Source of the DNA: an uncultured Planctomycetia bacterium
GTDB lineage: Bacteria > Omnitrophota > Gorgyraeia > CAYWPX01
Length of the DNA: 64,000 bases
Reading direction: 5' to 3'
Assembly (NCBI GenBank): GCA_964460615.1
Contig: CAYWPX010000005.1
Coordinates: 96,843 to 160,842, forward strand
Program-made: the position numbers and the translations under genes
Shown: positions 37,051-46,023 of the stretch, one piece after another
Layout of the letters: each line of letters begins with the position of its first letter
Numbering within the stretch: the stretch's first letter is position 1
Notes under the pieces: model-generated
The model's database searches: none
Told to the model about the DNA's origin: nothing
What the model saw: only the letters and a program-made list of their open reading frames with translations

Positions 37051-37704
37051 TTATTTTTTGCCGTACATTGCTTTTAACTGATCTACACTTGGAAATTCCG
37101 AATAAAATTCACCCTGAGGTCCGATGTAGCCGTGTTCTGATTCCCTTAGTGTAACCCCTGTATATCCATCACCGCTACCGTTCGGAACATTAATAGTAAA
37201 AGTTTTTTCTCCAACTCCGGCCGGGACCTTTGGGATGACCTTACTTACTACTAAGGGACTGGATGGCTGGCAAACCGTCGCTGATGGGAGTTTATTCAAG
37301 ACTGCTTTTTTGGGTTCTTCTATTACAACGTACCCATAGGGTTCTCTTCTATAATATATACCATCACTTGTATAATAAGTAACCCCTCCCATAACGATCG
37401 GCTCATAATACTGAGGTATAGTACTAACTACAGCTCCGCAAGGCGGGTTTACTACTATATATCCATATAAATTCTTTCTGTAATAAACACCCTTGCTATA
37501 ATAATATTTCGTACCCCCCAGTATTAGCGAAGTAACTGCTGCCCCCAGCCAGAATTCATAATTGCCGCGGGATGGATAATGACGTACAGGCTTACGGTGA
37601 TCATCTCTTCTCATTTGCCAGGCATAAGCGTCCATACTCTGAGCAAAAAAAAGAACTGATACGATCGCTACTGATACTACCCTTAAACCGTATCTTTTTT
37701 CCAT
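37051..37704 (-). CDS. Secreted Tyr-rich repeat protein of unknown function (repeats of YY..G.YY...P.GYVV..PP).
   Basis: Signal peptide (AYA cleavage). Two internal repeats are 'YYYSKGVYYRKNLYGYIVVNPP' and 'TYYTSDGIYYRREPYGYVVIEEP'. It is the first gene downstream of a sigma-E-type promoter. Confidence 0.45.
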   Translation of the reverse strand: MEKRYGLRVVSVAIVSVLFFAQSMDAYAWQMRRDDHRKPVRHYPSRGNYEFWLGAAVTSLILGGTKYYYSKGVYYRKNLYGYIVVNPPCGAVVSTIPQYYEPIVMGGVTYYTSDGIYYRREPYGYVVIEEPKKAVLNKLPSATVCQPSSPLVVSKVIPKVPAGVGEKTFTINVPNGSGDGYTGVTLRESEHGYIGPQGEFYSEFPSVDQLKAMYGKK

Positions 37705-37750
37705 AAGCTTCTCCTTTGTCTATTTAAAATTAATATTCCCTTTATACCTA

Positions 37751-37779
37751 TTAGACAAAAGAAGCTTAAGAAAAGTTCC
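37751..37779 (-). promoter_or_regulatory. Sigma-E/ECF-type promoter: GGAACTT -N16- GTCTAA.
   Basis: On the minus strand GGGGAACTT (rc of 37773-37781) and GTCTAA (rc of 37751-37756) are separated by 16 nt. It lies about 45 nt upstream of the 37704 start codon of the Tyr-rich/ECF sigma/anti-sigma/Spy operon. Confidence 0.6.
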
Positions 37780-37945
37780 CCTAATATAAAAAATATAATT
37801 AATTCGAATAAAGTTTATTCGCTATCTAAATCAATATAATAACTGCTTCTTTTTTTAGTTTTACTCTTTAGATCGGAAATGGGGTAAATTTTGGTTCTAC
37901 TATGAGCTATGAGCTAGTTTTGTTGGTTTTACGATGAGCTATTTA

Positions 37946-38509
37946 TTACATTTTCGGCATCATATCGCTTATATTAGGCATGGACATTTTTTTATACCCT
38001 TCCGGAACTATAAATAGATCCGGCGCCGGAGAACCGGTTGAGATATTTTTATATTCGGTTGACCAACTTCCATCCGCTGCGGATGTCTTAACGGGTAAAT
38101 TTAAGCCCGTATCTATCCACTGATAAACACTTGTTTCTCCGTTTTTTGAGCTATATTTTATCAGATACTTAAGGGTATTTTTACCATCAACTGTGTCAGG
38201 GCCTATGAGTTTGCGCTCAATCTCTCCTTCTGCTTTTTCCGAAGCCCCTATAGTCTGTTCGGGATTGATGGGTTGCTCCATATACATTTTTTGATCCGGC
38301 ATAAGGATCCAGACAACTTTCTTTCCCATATCGCTTATGGTTACGCTTCCGGCAACCTCCATGCGACTCTTATCGCCGGACACATACATCTTGCCGGTAA
38401 AACTCTGATCGCCGGATTTTGTAACCACATCTGCCGAGAAATCATAAGCACATAAGTTTGTAACAAACCCAACAAGCGCCAGCACCGTAATTATGATTAC
38501 TTTTTTCAT
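37946..38509 (-). CDS. Secreted DUF4412/LolA-like protein.
   Basis: 187 aa with a signal peptide. The composition suggests a beta-rich fold, and 'YVSGDKSRMEV' is a LolA/DUF4412-like motif. Confidence 0.4.
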   Translation of the reverse strand: MKKVIIITVLALVGFVTNLCAYDFSADVVTKSGDQSFTGKMYVSGDKSRMEVAGSVTISDMGKKVVWILMPDQKMYMEQPINPEQTIGASEKAEGEIERKLIGPDTVDGKNTLKYLIKYSSKNGETSVYQWIDTGLNLPVKTSAADGSWSTEYKNISTGSPAPDLFIVPEGYKKMSMPNISDMMPKM

Positions 38510-38536
38510 CTATTTCCTCCTAAATAACAATTTAAT

Positions 38537-40267
38537 TTAGCTTAAGAATACAAAATTCAATAATGTTCCTACGATAAGGCTTATTGCTATCATGATAAAA
38601 GTAGATTTGATCAGGTCCTTCAATCCAAGCTCCTTCCACAAAACTATAAAAGTGGCGATACAAGGAAAAGAAATTGCCAATAGCGTCGCAGCTATAAATA
38701 GCTGCTTCGCGCTTAGTCCAAGAGGCATAAGCATGCCCACAGCAACATCTTTTCTAAAAAATCCTAAGACCAGGGCAACTATCGACTCTTTTGGCAACCC
38801 AAATAAACCTTGGATCATGGGGGCAAATAACCCTGTAACAAAATCAAACAATCTGAAATATATCAGAATATTTATTACCAAAACTCCTATCAAAACCACG
38901 GGCACAGCCTCTATTATAAACCCTTTAATACGAAAATACATCTTCTGTCCCAGCATCCTTAGGGGCGGGAATCTATACGGTGGAATCTCAAGAAGGAACT
39001 CAGGGCTATACCCATTCAAGACACGGTTTAAAATAACTCCCAATATCAAAACGATTATAAATAAAACCAGATACACCCCGCCCACATAAAACCCCCCAAA
39101 CACCCCTAGTAACCCGAATATCATAGCCTGCAGAGGAACACACGGAACCCCTATGGAGATAATTGTTGACGCAATAAACCTCTCCCTTTTGGATTCTAAA
39201 ACTCTTGTAGACAAAATTCCCGGTACATTGCATCCAAACCCCAGAAGAACGGGAATAATAGCATAACCATGCAAACCAAGTTTATGCAAAAGATTATCCA
39301 ATAATATCGCTAATCTTGGCAAATACCCAACATCTTCCAGAATACTAAGGATCAAATAAAACGATATAACATAAGGCAATACCATACCGAATTCTATATA
39401 AGGCGCTGTCGTAAGCACTCCCAAAGATTGCTTGAAATCTATCTTACCATTAATAAGGTCCCCTATTAATAAATGAAACCAGAATCCCTTTTCCTGCAAA
39501 GGAGCGCTCAACTTTTCTAAAACAGGCTGATAAAGATTAATAAAAATAGGGTCCGTTATTCTATTAATGATAAATTCGCCGATAAAACGCACTATCTTGA
39601 ATGATGCATAGATGACCCCCGCTGCCATCAAAAGCCCAGTGACCGGCCTGACAGATGCATCCTCTAAAATTTCTTTAAATTTATGGTGACGATGCTCAAG
39701 ATGCTGAACGCTCTCTACGATCTTTCCTATCTCTTTCCAACGATCTTCATGAGTTAGCTTGGTCCGCTTTGCAGAAGCGGCCTCTTTAATCCTATCTATT
39801 AAAAGCCTTATCCCTACTCCCGTAACTGCGCAGGTAGAAATAACGGGCACCTTAAGTATTTCTTCTAATTTATTAATATCAAGGTTCACCCCTTTATGAA
39901 CAGCATCATCACACATGTTTAAAGCAACAATAACAGGATATCCCTCCTCGATTAACTGGAGCGTAAGAAGCAAATTTCTCTCTAAGTTAGTCGAATCGAG
40001 TATATTTATTACAGCAATTTCTTCTTTGGGAAGCTCTTTTAATAACCAGGCAGCAACCTCTTCGGCTTTTGAAGAAGGCTCGAGGGAATAGGTTCCCGGC
40101 AAATCAACAACCTCGATCTTTTCATTATTATGAGTTAGAAAACCTCTTATAAGCTCTACTGTTGTTCCGGGATAATTGCTTGACATCACCTGTACACCGG
40201 TCAATCGAGAAAAGATAACGCTTTTCCCTACATTTGGATTTCCAATAAGATAAATTTTTTTGATCAT
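38537..40267 (-). CDS. feoB: Ferrous iron transporter FeoB.
   Basis: 'IYLIGNPNVGKSVIFSRLTG' is the G1 motif and 'DLPGTYSL' G3. The polytopic permease domain is present. 576 aa. Confidence 0.9.
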   Translation of the reverse strand: MIKKIYLIGNPNVGKSVIFSRLTGVQVMSSNYPGTTVELIRGFLTHNNEKIEVVDLPGTYSLEPSSKAEEVAAWLLKELPKEEIAVINILDSTNLERNLLLTLQLIEEGYPVIVALNMCDDAVHKGVNLDINKLEEILKVPVISTCAVTGVGIRLLIDRIKEAASAKRTKLTHEDRWKEIGKIVESVQHLEHRHHKFKEILEDASVRPVTGLLMAAGVIYASFKIVRFIGEFIINRITDPIFINLYQPVLEKLSAPLQEKGFWFHLLIGDLINGKIDFKQSLGVLTTAPYIEFGMVLPYVISFYLILSILEDVGYLPRLAILLDNLLHKLGLHGYAIIPVLLGFGCNVPGILSTRVLESKRERFIASTIISIGVPCVPLQAMIFGLLGVFGGFYVGGVYLVLFIIVLILGVILNRVLNGYSPEFLLEIPPYRFPPLRMLGQKMYFRIKGFIIEAVPVVLIGVLVINILIYFRLFDFVTGLFAPMIQGLFGLPKESIVALVLGFFRKDVAVGMLMPLGLSAKQLFIAATLLAISFPCIATFIVLWKELGLKDLIKSTFIMIAISLIVGTLLNFVFLS

Positions 40268-40500
40268 TCGACCTCAACCATAATTTTTTCTGCGATATTG
40301 TGGCCGAGAGCCAATATCCCGCGTCCGACCTTAATTACTACCGGGCCTTTTAGGCCTATATGGCTAACCTTGGTCAGTTCTTTACCTTTATAAACTCCCA
40401 TACTCATAAGCTTATTCACTAGCCCCGCTCCGCCAACGATCTCCACAACTTTGGCCTTGCGATCAGCTTTCATATGCACTAAAGACATTTTTTTCATCAT
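40264..40500 (-). CDS. feoA: FeoA.
   Basis: The 78-aa SH3-like protein overlaps the feoB start by 4 nt. 'LMSMGVYKGKELTKVSH...GPVVIKV' is present. Confidence 0.75.
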   Translation of the reverse strand: MMKKMSLVHMKADRKAKVVEIVGGAGLVNKLMSMGVYKGKELTKVSHIGLKGPVVIKVGRGILALGHNIAEKIMVEVE

Positions 40501-40558
40501 AATTCCTTAATATTTAATCAAAAACGGCGAACTCTTATATTTGAATAATGTAAATCTA

Positions 40559-41104
40559 TTAATACTCTATACCGCACCTAGCGCATAAACCATCTTTATA
40601 AGGATGCTTTACAGGCTTCATTTCTGTGACATAATGCGCCTTACCCTTTAATCTTGCCGAAGCCCCCCGGCCGGTAAGCACAACCTCAGTCAAACTTGGC
40701 CTGGAATCAAGAAATGAGAGCACTTTTTTTTCATCCAAAAATTTACCCTTTATGGCATTTATTATTTCATCCAGGATCACCAAATCAAATTTTTCTTTTT
40801 TGATCATATCTTGCACAAGTAAAAAATCCTTTATAACAATTTTCCTGAGCGTATCTTTGGTGGTTTTATCAAGGCCATCTCTTTTCGCTAAAGGATAATA
40901 CTCATCAAATTGTATATAAGTAAAATTCTTCCCGAGATTGCCTGAAAACTTCAACTCGCCTGTCTTATAATTAGTCTTTTTCAAAAATTGGAAAAAACCC
41001 ACTCGCTTCCCATGCCCAAGGGATCGAAGCGCCAGGCCTAGACTTGCAGTAGTTTTACCCTTCCCATCACCGGTGTATATATGAACACAAGCCTTTTTTT
41101 TCAT
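40559..41104 (-). CDS. cobO: Cob(I)yrinic acid a,c-diamide / corrinoid adenosyltransferase (CobO/BtuR family).
   Basis: 'HIYTGDGKGKTTASLGLALRSLGHGKRV' is the P-loop. 'DLVILDEI' is present. 181 aa. Confidence 0.8.
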   Translation of the reverse strand: MKKKACVHIYTGDGKGKTTASLGLALRSLGHGKRVGFFQFLKKTNYKTGELKFSGNLGKNFTYIQFDEYYPLAKRDGLDKTTKDTLRKIVIKDFLLVQDMIKKEKFDLVILDEIINAIKGKFLDEKKVLSFLDSRPSLTEVVLTGRGASARLKGKAHYVTEMKPVKHPYKDGLCARCGIEY

Positions 41105-41556
41105 AATTTTATCCTATGTTTAAGAGACCCGCTTGAACGCTTTACAAGACTATCTATTAAATCATCCTCAGCTAATTTCATTAAACTATAAAAATTGTGA
41201 CAGGAAATATGAAATACTCCCATCCCAAAAACCAGATTTTTCGTCATATTGTCATCTGTAACTACAAGTATATTATGCTTATCAGCTGCTTTATAAGCCA
41301 GTCTTTCTATTTTGCAGTCAGCAGAATTATCAGAAAAAATTACTTTTACGCCTTTAGAATGAGCTTTATTGCCAAAACTGGTATTTATTTTACCGTCAAA
41401 GACCAGTGCAATACTGTTACCTGATTGATCCGAATAATGCTTCAGATCGTCCTCCAAAATACGCCTAGTATACTCGAGGTTCTTTTTAAGTAATTTCTTA
41501 TACTTAACAATTTTATGAATAAAATTATAACCGTCTACTATTATCTCTTTATTCAA
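41101..41556 (-). CDS. YacP-like NYN-domain (PIN-like) RNase family protein.
   Basis: 'IIVDGYNFIHK' is the NYN N-terminal DGYN motif. 'LVFDG' and 'VVTDD' carry the acidic residues. 151 aa. Confidence 0.6.
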   Translation of the reverse strand: MNKEIIVDGYNFIHKIVKYKKLLKKNLEYTRRILEDDLKHYSDQSGNSIALVFDGKINTSFGNKAHSKGVKVIFSDNSADCKIERLAYKAADKHNILVVTDDNMTKNLVFGMGVFHISCHNFYSLMKLAEDDLIDSLVKRSSGSLKHRIKL

Positions 41557-41558
41557 AA

Positions 41559-42206
41559 TTACTTCTCCCAGCCTTCCTCACCGATCAAGGGCACGAATGC
41601 GCATCCGCAAATCTCCTTAGAGATATACTCTCCCTTAATGTTCTCTATGAGCGTAAGAACCTGGCCAAACATTTCACCCAGGGGTATAATCAGCTTGCCC
41701 CCATCCTTTAGCTGCCTTAACAGCGTTTCCGGGGGATACTGGCAAAAAGCAGTGACAATAATTCTATCAAACGGTGCGAATTCCTCCCAACCCAAGGATC
41801 CGTCCCCAACTTTAACCTTAATATTATTGTACCCGAGCGCGTCAAAAAGCTTGACTGCCCTTTCAGCCAAAAATTGGAGCCTCTCTACTGAATAAACTTC
41901 CTTCGTAATCTCGGCTAATATTGCTGCCTGATAGCCGCTTCCGGTACCGATCTCCAAAATCTTTTCATTCCCGGCCAATTTAAGCGACTCTGTCATAAGG
42001 GCAACCATATATGGCTGTGAGATCGTCTGGTTTTGGCCTATGGGAAGCGGATAATCATTATAGGCGGAACTCCTCAGATCCTCCGGAACAAATAGATGTC
42101 TCTCGACTTTTAAGAAAGCTTCGAGTACTTTTTTAGAAGTAATGCCACGAGGAATTAGCTGCTCCTCTACCATCATTTTCCTAAGAGTTGTAAAATCGTG
42201 GATCAT
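41559..42206 (-). CDS. pcm: Protein-L-isoaspartate O-methyltransferase.
   Basis: 'ISQPYMVALMTESLKL', 'ILEIGTGSGYQAAILAE' (SAM motif I) and 'FDRIIVTA' are present. Confidence 0.85.
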   Translation of the reverse strand: MIHDFTTLRKMMVEEQLIPRGITSKKVLEAFLKVERHLFVPEDLRSSAYNDYPLPIGQNQTISQPYMVALMTESLKLAGNEKILEIGTGSGYQAAILAEITKEVYSVERLQFLAERAVKLFDALGYNNIKVKVGDGSLGWEEFAPFDRIIVTAFCQYPPETLLRQLKDGGKLIIPLGEMFGQVLTLIENIKGEYISKEICGCAFVPLIGEEGWEK

Positions 42207-42865
42207 TTTTCTTTAAGAAAGTTTATAAAAAAGCTGAAAAACCGGATCGTATCCTTTATGGGATTGATCTTAGACACTTCACCAGCATAGACTGTTTCAA
42301 CCGGCGCGTTGGCTATCTTAAGCCCTAATCTGGATGCCCTTAAGATCATCTCTGACTCGACTTCAAATCTTTTACATTTAAGGTCGATCTTACTAAAAGC
42401 ATTTTTTCGAAGAAGCCTGAAACCGCACTGACTGTCTCTAACGCGTTGGTGTGTAATTCTTGAAATAAGCCAGGACATAAGTTTGTTTGTAACGAGCCTT
42501 ACAAAAGGCATCCCTTTTGGATTTGCCATTCTGTTGCCTATTATCAGATCAAACCCTGCAAAATCGTCTGTGAGAAAATTTGGTATATCTTTTATGCTAT
42601 GCTGCCCGTCGCCATCCATCACAACAAGCGAATCAAATCCATTCAGTGCGGCATATTCAAAACCTTTTTTTAAAGAATAGCCTTTACCGGAATTCTGCTC
42701 ATTCCTGAGAAGAATGGCCCCTGATCTTTGGGCAATATCGGCTCCCTTATCAGTTGAGCCGTCATCAACGACCACCACATCATAAGATAATTTTCTCAAA
42801 TCCGAGACAATCTTTCCAATAGCTGCTTCTTCATTAAATATAGGTATTAAGATCAATAGTTTCAT
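42203..42865 (-). CDS. Family 2 glycosyltransferase (Dpm1/polyprenyl-phosphate sugar transferase-like).
   Basis: 'LILIPIFNEEAAIGKIV', 'VVVDDGSTDKGADIA' and 'VVMDGDGQH' give a DxD-type GT-A fold. Confidence 0.75.
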   Translation of the reverse strand: MKLLILIPIFNEEAAIGKIVSDLRKLSYDVVVVDDGSTDKGADIAQRSGAILLRNEQNSGKGYSLKKGFEYAALNGFDSLVVMDGDGQHSIKDIPNFLTDDFAGFDLIIGNRMANPKGMPFVRLVTNKLMSWLISRITHQRVRDSQCGFRLLRKNAFSKIDLKCKRFEVESEMILRASRLGLKIANAPVETVYAGEVSKINPIKDTIRFFSFFINFLKEK

Positions 42866-42879
42866 AAATTTAGTTTATT

Positions 42880-43728
42880 TTAACTCCACATACTTCTGAA
42901 TACCGACCATTGAGTAGGATACCTGCGCACATAATTCTCTATAACCTTAAGGTGGCTTCTGGTAATCTTTTTTAGATGTTCCTCTCCATAGCCGGATTCT
43001 TTGATATCCTCGGGTTTATCAAAATTAATGGTAAAAGTACCGTCCGGCTCCCTTAAAGCAAAAGCTGTTACTATGGGGGCGCCTGTTTTAATCTGCAAAA
43101 CAGCCGGTCCTCGAGGTATCTTTGTCGGCCTATTAAAAAAATCCACTTCTATTGCCGTATTGCTGAAGTCCCTGTCTCCGAGTACGGCAAGTATCTCATT
43201 ATTCCTTAGGGCTTTGATGGACTTTTTTAGAGCCATGCCCAAAGGTATAACATTCATATTCTTAAAAACCCTGCGATTAATAAAAAAATTGTTTATTCTT
43301 TTATCTTTATGGTCCAGCGCTATTACATTTATCTTATAACCCAGCATACCCAGGGCCGCCCCGCCCAATTCCCAGTTCCCTAAATGTGCGCTCAAGAGTA
43401 TCAAACCTTTTTTTTGCTTTAAAGCTTCATCCACTAGTTCGATATTCTTAGTTTTCACATGCTTTTTAATGTACTCATCATCGATCAACGGAAACCTAAA
43501 AAATTCCACAAGATATTTTCCGAAATTCTTAAATACGTCTTTGGATTTCTTATCTAAGTCGGAGCTATCCTGCCCCAAAACGACTTTTAAATTTGATTTA
43601 ACGAATTTTTTGTCATTTATACAAACATAATATTTGCTCAATGATATAAATTCAGCGATCTTATAAGAAACTCTGATTGGAAGATTGAGAGCTATAAGTT
43701 CGCCTAATCTATAAAGAGTATATAACAT
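42880..43728 (-). CDS. Lysophospholipid/lipid A late acyltransferase (HtrB/LpxL-like LPLAT family).
   Basis: 'GLILLSAHLGNWELGG' contains the H(x)4E-like HxxxxE motif. 'GDRD' is present. 282 aa. Confidence 0.7.
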   Translation of the reverse strand: MLYTLYRLGELIALNLPIRVSYKIAEFISLSKYYVCINDKKFVKSNLKVVLGQDSSDLDKKSKDVFKNFGKYLVEFFRFPLIDDEYIKKHVKTKNIELVDEALKQKKGLILLSAHLGNWELGGAALGMLGYKINVIALDHKDKRINNFFINRRVFKNMNVIPLGMALKKSIKALRNNEILAVLGDRDFSNTAIEVDFFNRPTKIPRGPAVLQIKTGAPIVTAFALREPDGTFTINFDKPEDIKESGYGEEHLKKITRSHLKVIENYVRRYPTQWSVFRSMWS

Positions 43729-44846
43729 TATTGAGCAAGCTCCAGAAGTAACTTGGCTGTCCTGATGGATGAATCGGGTTTAGAATGCATTTTTGCCCTT
43801 TCTTTCATCTGAAGCAATTTTTCGGGATTATAGAACATCTCTTCTAATAACGTAACAACCTCAAATTCATTTCCGGCCTTAACTGCTACTCCTTCCCTTA
43901 ATAAAAATTGAGTATTCATAGATTCCTGACCCGGCAACGGATTCACTATAACCATAGGAAGGCTTTTGGATAACGCTTCAGCAGTTGTAAGGCCTCCCGG
44001 CTTTGTAACAATAATATCCGACACTTCCATTAGTTCGTCTATATTGTCAATAAATGAAAAATTAACAAACTTTTTTCTGCAGACTTTTTTTCTTTTTTCG
44101 AGATGCTCAAAAAGTTTTTTATTTATACCGGTTACAACCAATGTCTGAAAATTAAAGGCCGATCTGTCCAAAAGCGTAACGATCTTATCAATCGGCCCAA
44201 GCCCCTGCCCCCCACCCATTATCAGAACCGTAGGAAGTTTTTCGTCAAGGCCGAATTTATTCATTAGCACCAACCTGTCCAAAGTTCTGTCAAACTTGGG
44301 GTTTATTGGTATGCCGAAATTTTTTATTTTTTGGCCAAGAATCCCATTTGCAATAAGCCTGTTACCGGTATCCTCCGAAGGAACAATATAAGCGTCTATT
44401 GTATTATAGACCCAGTAAGAATGCGGCGCATAATCGGTAAGTACCCCTACCAGCGGAAGATCAATGCCTTCGCTTTTCTTGAGATCAGCTACCATTCCGC
44501 AAGGGAACGCCTGAGTGCAGGCAACTGCGCTAGGCCTAAATTCATTCAGAAGCGTCTTTAGTTTACCGGTATTGAACTTGTGTATTATATCTCTAAGCCG
44601 TTGGGTATTTTTGACTATTTTGGGATTATCGTAAAGATAGTCCCATATACCAGGAGAATTCTTGATAACGCTCATGTAGGTCCTGTTTATGATCTTCTCA
44701 AAAGTTGGCGCTACATAATTAAACCCGTTAATGTTCAAAACCTCACAGGTAGGGTCAAGCGTCCTAAGAGCATTCTCAATTGAGTTACTGGCAGAGTGAT
44801 GCCCGGAATTATAGGATATGTACATCAATAAAAATTTTTTTGCCAT
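43728..44846 (-). CDS. GT28-family glycosyltransferase (MGDG synthase / processive diacylglycerol glycosyltransferase-like).
   Basis: 372 aa with a GT-B fold. 'VLIMGGGQGLGP' and the C-terminal 'ITKPGGLTTAEAL' are MurG/MGD-like. Confidence 0.7.
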   Translation of the reverse strand: MAKKFLLMYISYNSGHHSASNSIENALRTLDPTCEVLNINGFNYVAPTFEKIINRTYMSVIKNSPGIWDYLYDNPKIVKNTQRLRDIIHKFNTGKLKTLLNEFRPSAVACTQAFPCGMVADLKKSEGIDLPLVGVLTDYAPHSYWVYNTIDAYIVPSEDTGNRLIANGILGQKIKNFGIPINPKFDRTLDRLVLMNKFGLDEKLPTVLIMGGGQGLGPIDKIVTLLDRSAFNFQTLVVTGINKKLFEHLEKRKKVCRKKFVNFSFIDNIDELMEVSDIIVTKPGGLTTAEALSKSLPMVIVNPLPGQESMNTQFLLREGVAVKAGNEFEVVTLLEEMFYNPEKLLQMKERAKMHSKPDSSIRTAKLLLELAQ

Positions 44847-44876
44847 AATTTTTAATAATAACCGATTTAAAAAAAA

Positions 44877-45107
44877 TTATTCTATCTGAGCAAGGGCTTC
44901 GCCTACTTTTACTGTATCACCTTCTCTGAAATTGATCTTAATAACTTTACCGCCAGCTATCGCCGGTACATTAAACGTAGCTTTATCCGTAACCATCTCC
45001 ACAAGATCCTGTCCTGCCGTTACAATATCGCCCTCATTTACATGCCAATAAGAAACAATGGCTTGGTCCACTCCTTCCGTTAAACTTGGCAAAATAAATT
45101 CTTTCAT
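44877..45107 (-). CDS. Free-standing lipoyl/biotinyl-attachment domain protein (76 aa).
   Basis: 'VEMVTDKATFNVPA' carries the lipoyl-lysine (DKA) in the hairpin. 'GDTVKVGEAL' is present. It lies immediately upstream of lipA. Confidence 0.7.
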   Translation of the reverse strand: MKEFILPSLTEGVDQAIVSYWHVNEGDIVTAGQDLVEMVTDKATFNVPAIAGGKVIKINFREGDTVKVGEALAQIE

Positions 45108-45141
45108 TATTTACCCTCCTTCTTACTGGCTATATATAGCT

Positions 45142-46023
45142 TTACAATGTATCATTATACATCAATTTTGCTTTTTTATAAACCAAATCCGCTTTATATG
45201 AACTCCTTGCAAAGGGTTCTGCAAGGATATTTCTTAGCCCTATTTCATAGGCGATATTTTCATACCGTTTAAATTGCTCCGGCGTTACAAATTCGCTAAC
45301 CCCTACCTCTCTCTTGGTCGGCCTGAGATATTGACCGAGTATAAGAATATCACAATCGATCTCCTTTAGCCGCCTCATTATCTCTATAACCTCTCCTTCT
45401 TTTTCACCAAGGCCAAGGATCAAGCTGGATTTTGTTAAAATTTTTTTGTCAAAATATTTTGCCTCTTTTAAAAGGGATATGGATCTATTAAAATCAGCCT
45501 CAGGCCTGAGTTCTTTGTACAAACGAGGTATCGTCTCAAGATTATGGCCAAAAATATTAACACCAGCGTTTACTACTTTTTTTACTGAATTTAAATTACC
45601 TTTAAAATCCGGTACTAACACCTCTATGACCGCCTCTGGCCTATCATTTTTAAGCAATTGTATAAGCTTAATATAATGGCCCACACCACCGTCGGAAAGG
45701 TCATCTCTTGTCGGAGAAGTAATGACTACATGCTCCATGGAAAGTTCCTTAACAGCTTTTGGTATATTGACCAATTCCATTAAATCAGGCTTTAAAGGTT
45801 GGGATTTTTCTACAGAACAAAACAAACAATTTCTTGTGCAGATATTTCCGAGTATCAAAAAAGTCGCCGATTTTTTTGAGAAGCATTCATTAGAATTCGG
45901 ACATCTAGTGCTTTTGCAAACTGTGTTTATGCTCAAGGAATTAAGGACATTGGCTGTCTTTTCAATTCCCTCATTAAAGATCAGCTTTTTATTAAGCCAC
46001 TCTGGAAATTTGCTCGTACTCAT
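45142..46023 (-). CDS. lipA: Lipoyl synthase.
   Basis: 'CKSTRCPNSNEC' is the auxiliary cluster and 'CTRNCLFC' the radical-SAM CX3CX2C. The start was set to ATG 46023; the ORF-track start at 46038 is TTG. Confidence 0.9.
   Translation of the reverse strand: MSTSKFPEWLNKKLIFNEGIEKTANVLNSLSINTVCKSTRCPNSNECFSKKSATFLILGNICTRNCLFCSVEKSQPLKPDLMELVNIPKAVKELSMEHVVITSPTRDDLSDGGVGHYIKLIQLLKNDRPEAVIEVLVPDFKGNLNSVKKVVNAGVNIFGHNLETIPRLYKELRPEADFNRSISLLKEAKYFDKKILTKSSLILGLGEKEGEVIEIMRRLKEIDCDILILGQYLRPTKREVGVSEFVTPEQFKRYENIAYEIGLRNILAEPFARSSYKADLVYKKAKLMYNDTL

Noticed and set aside
37860-37945. Short 'atgagctat' triple repeat downstream of the DUF4412 gene.
   Set aside because: It is only three 9-mers in an AT-rich spacer, with no structure or coding potential. 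It is probably slippage or chance.
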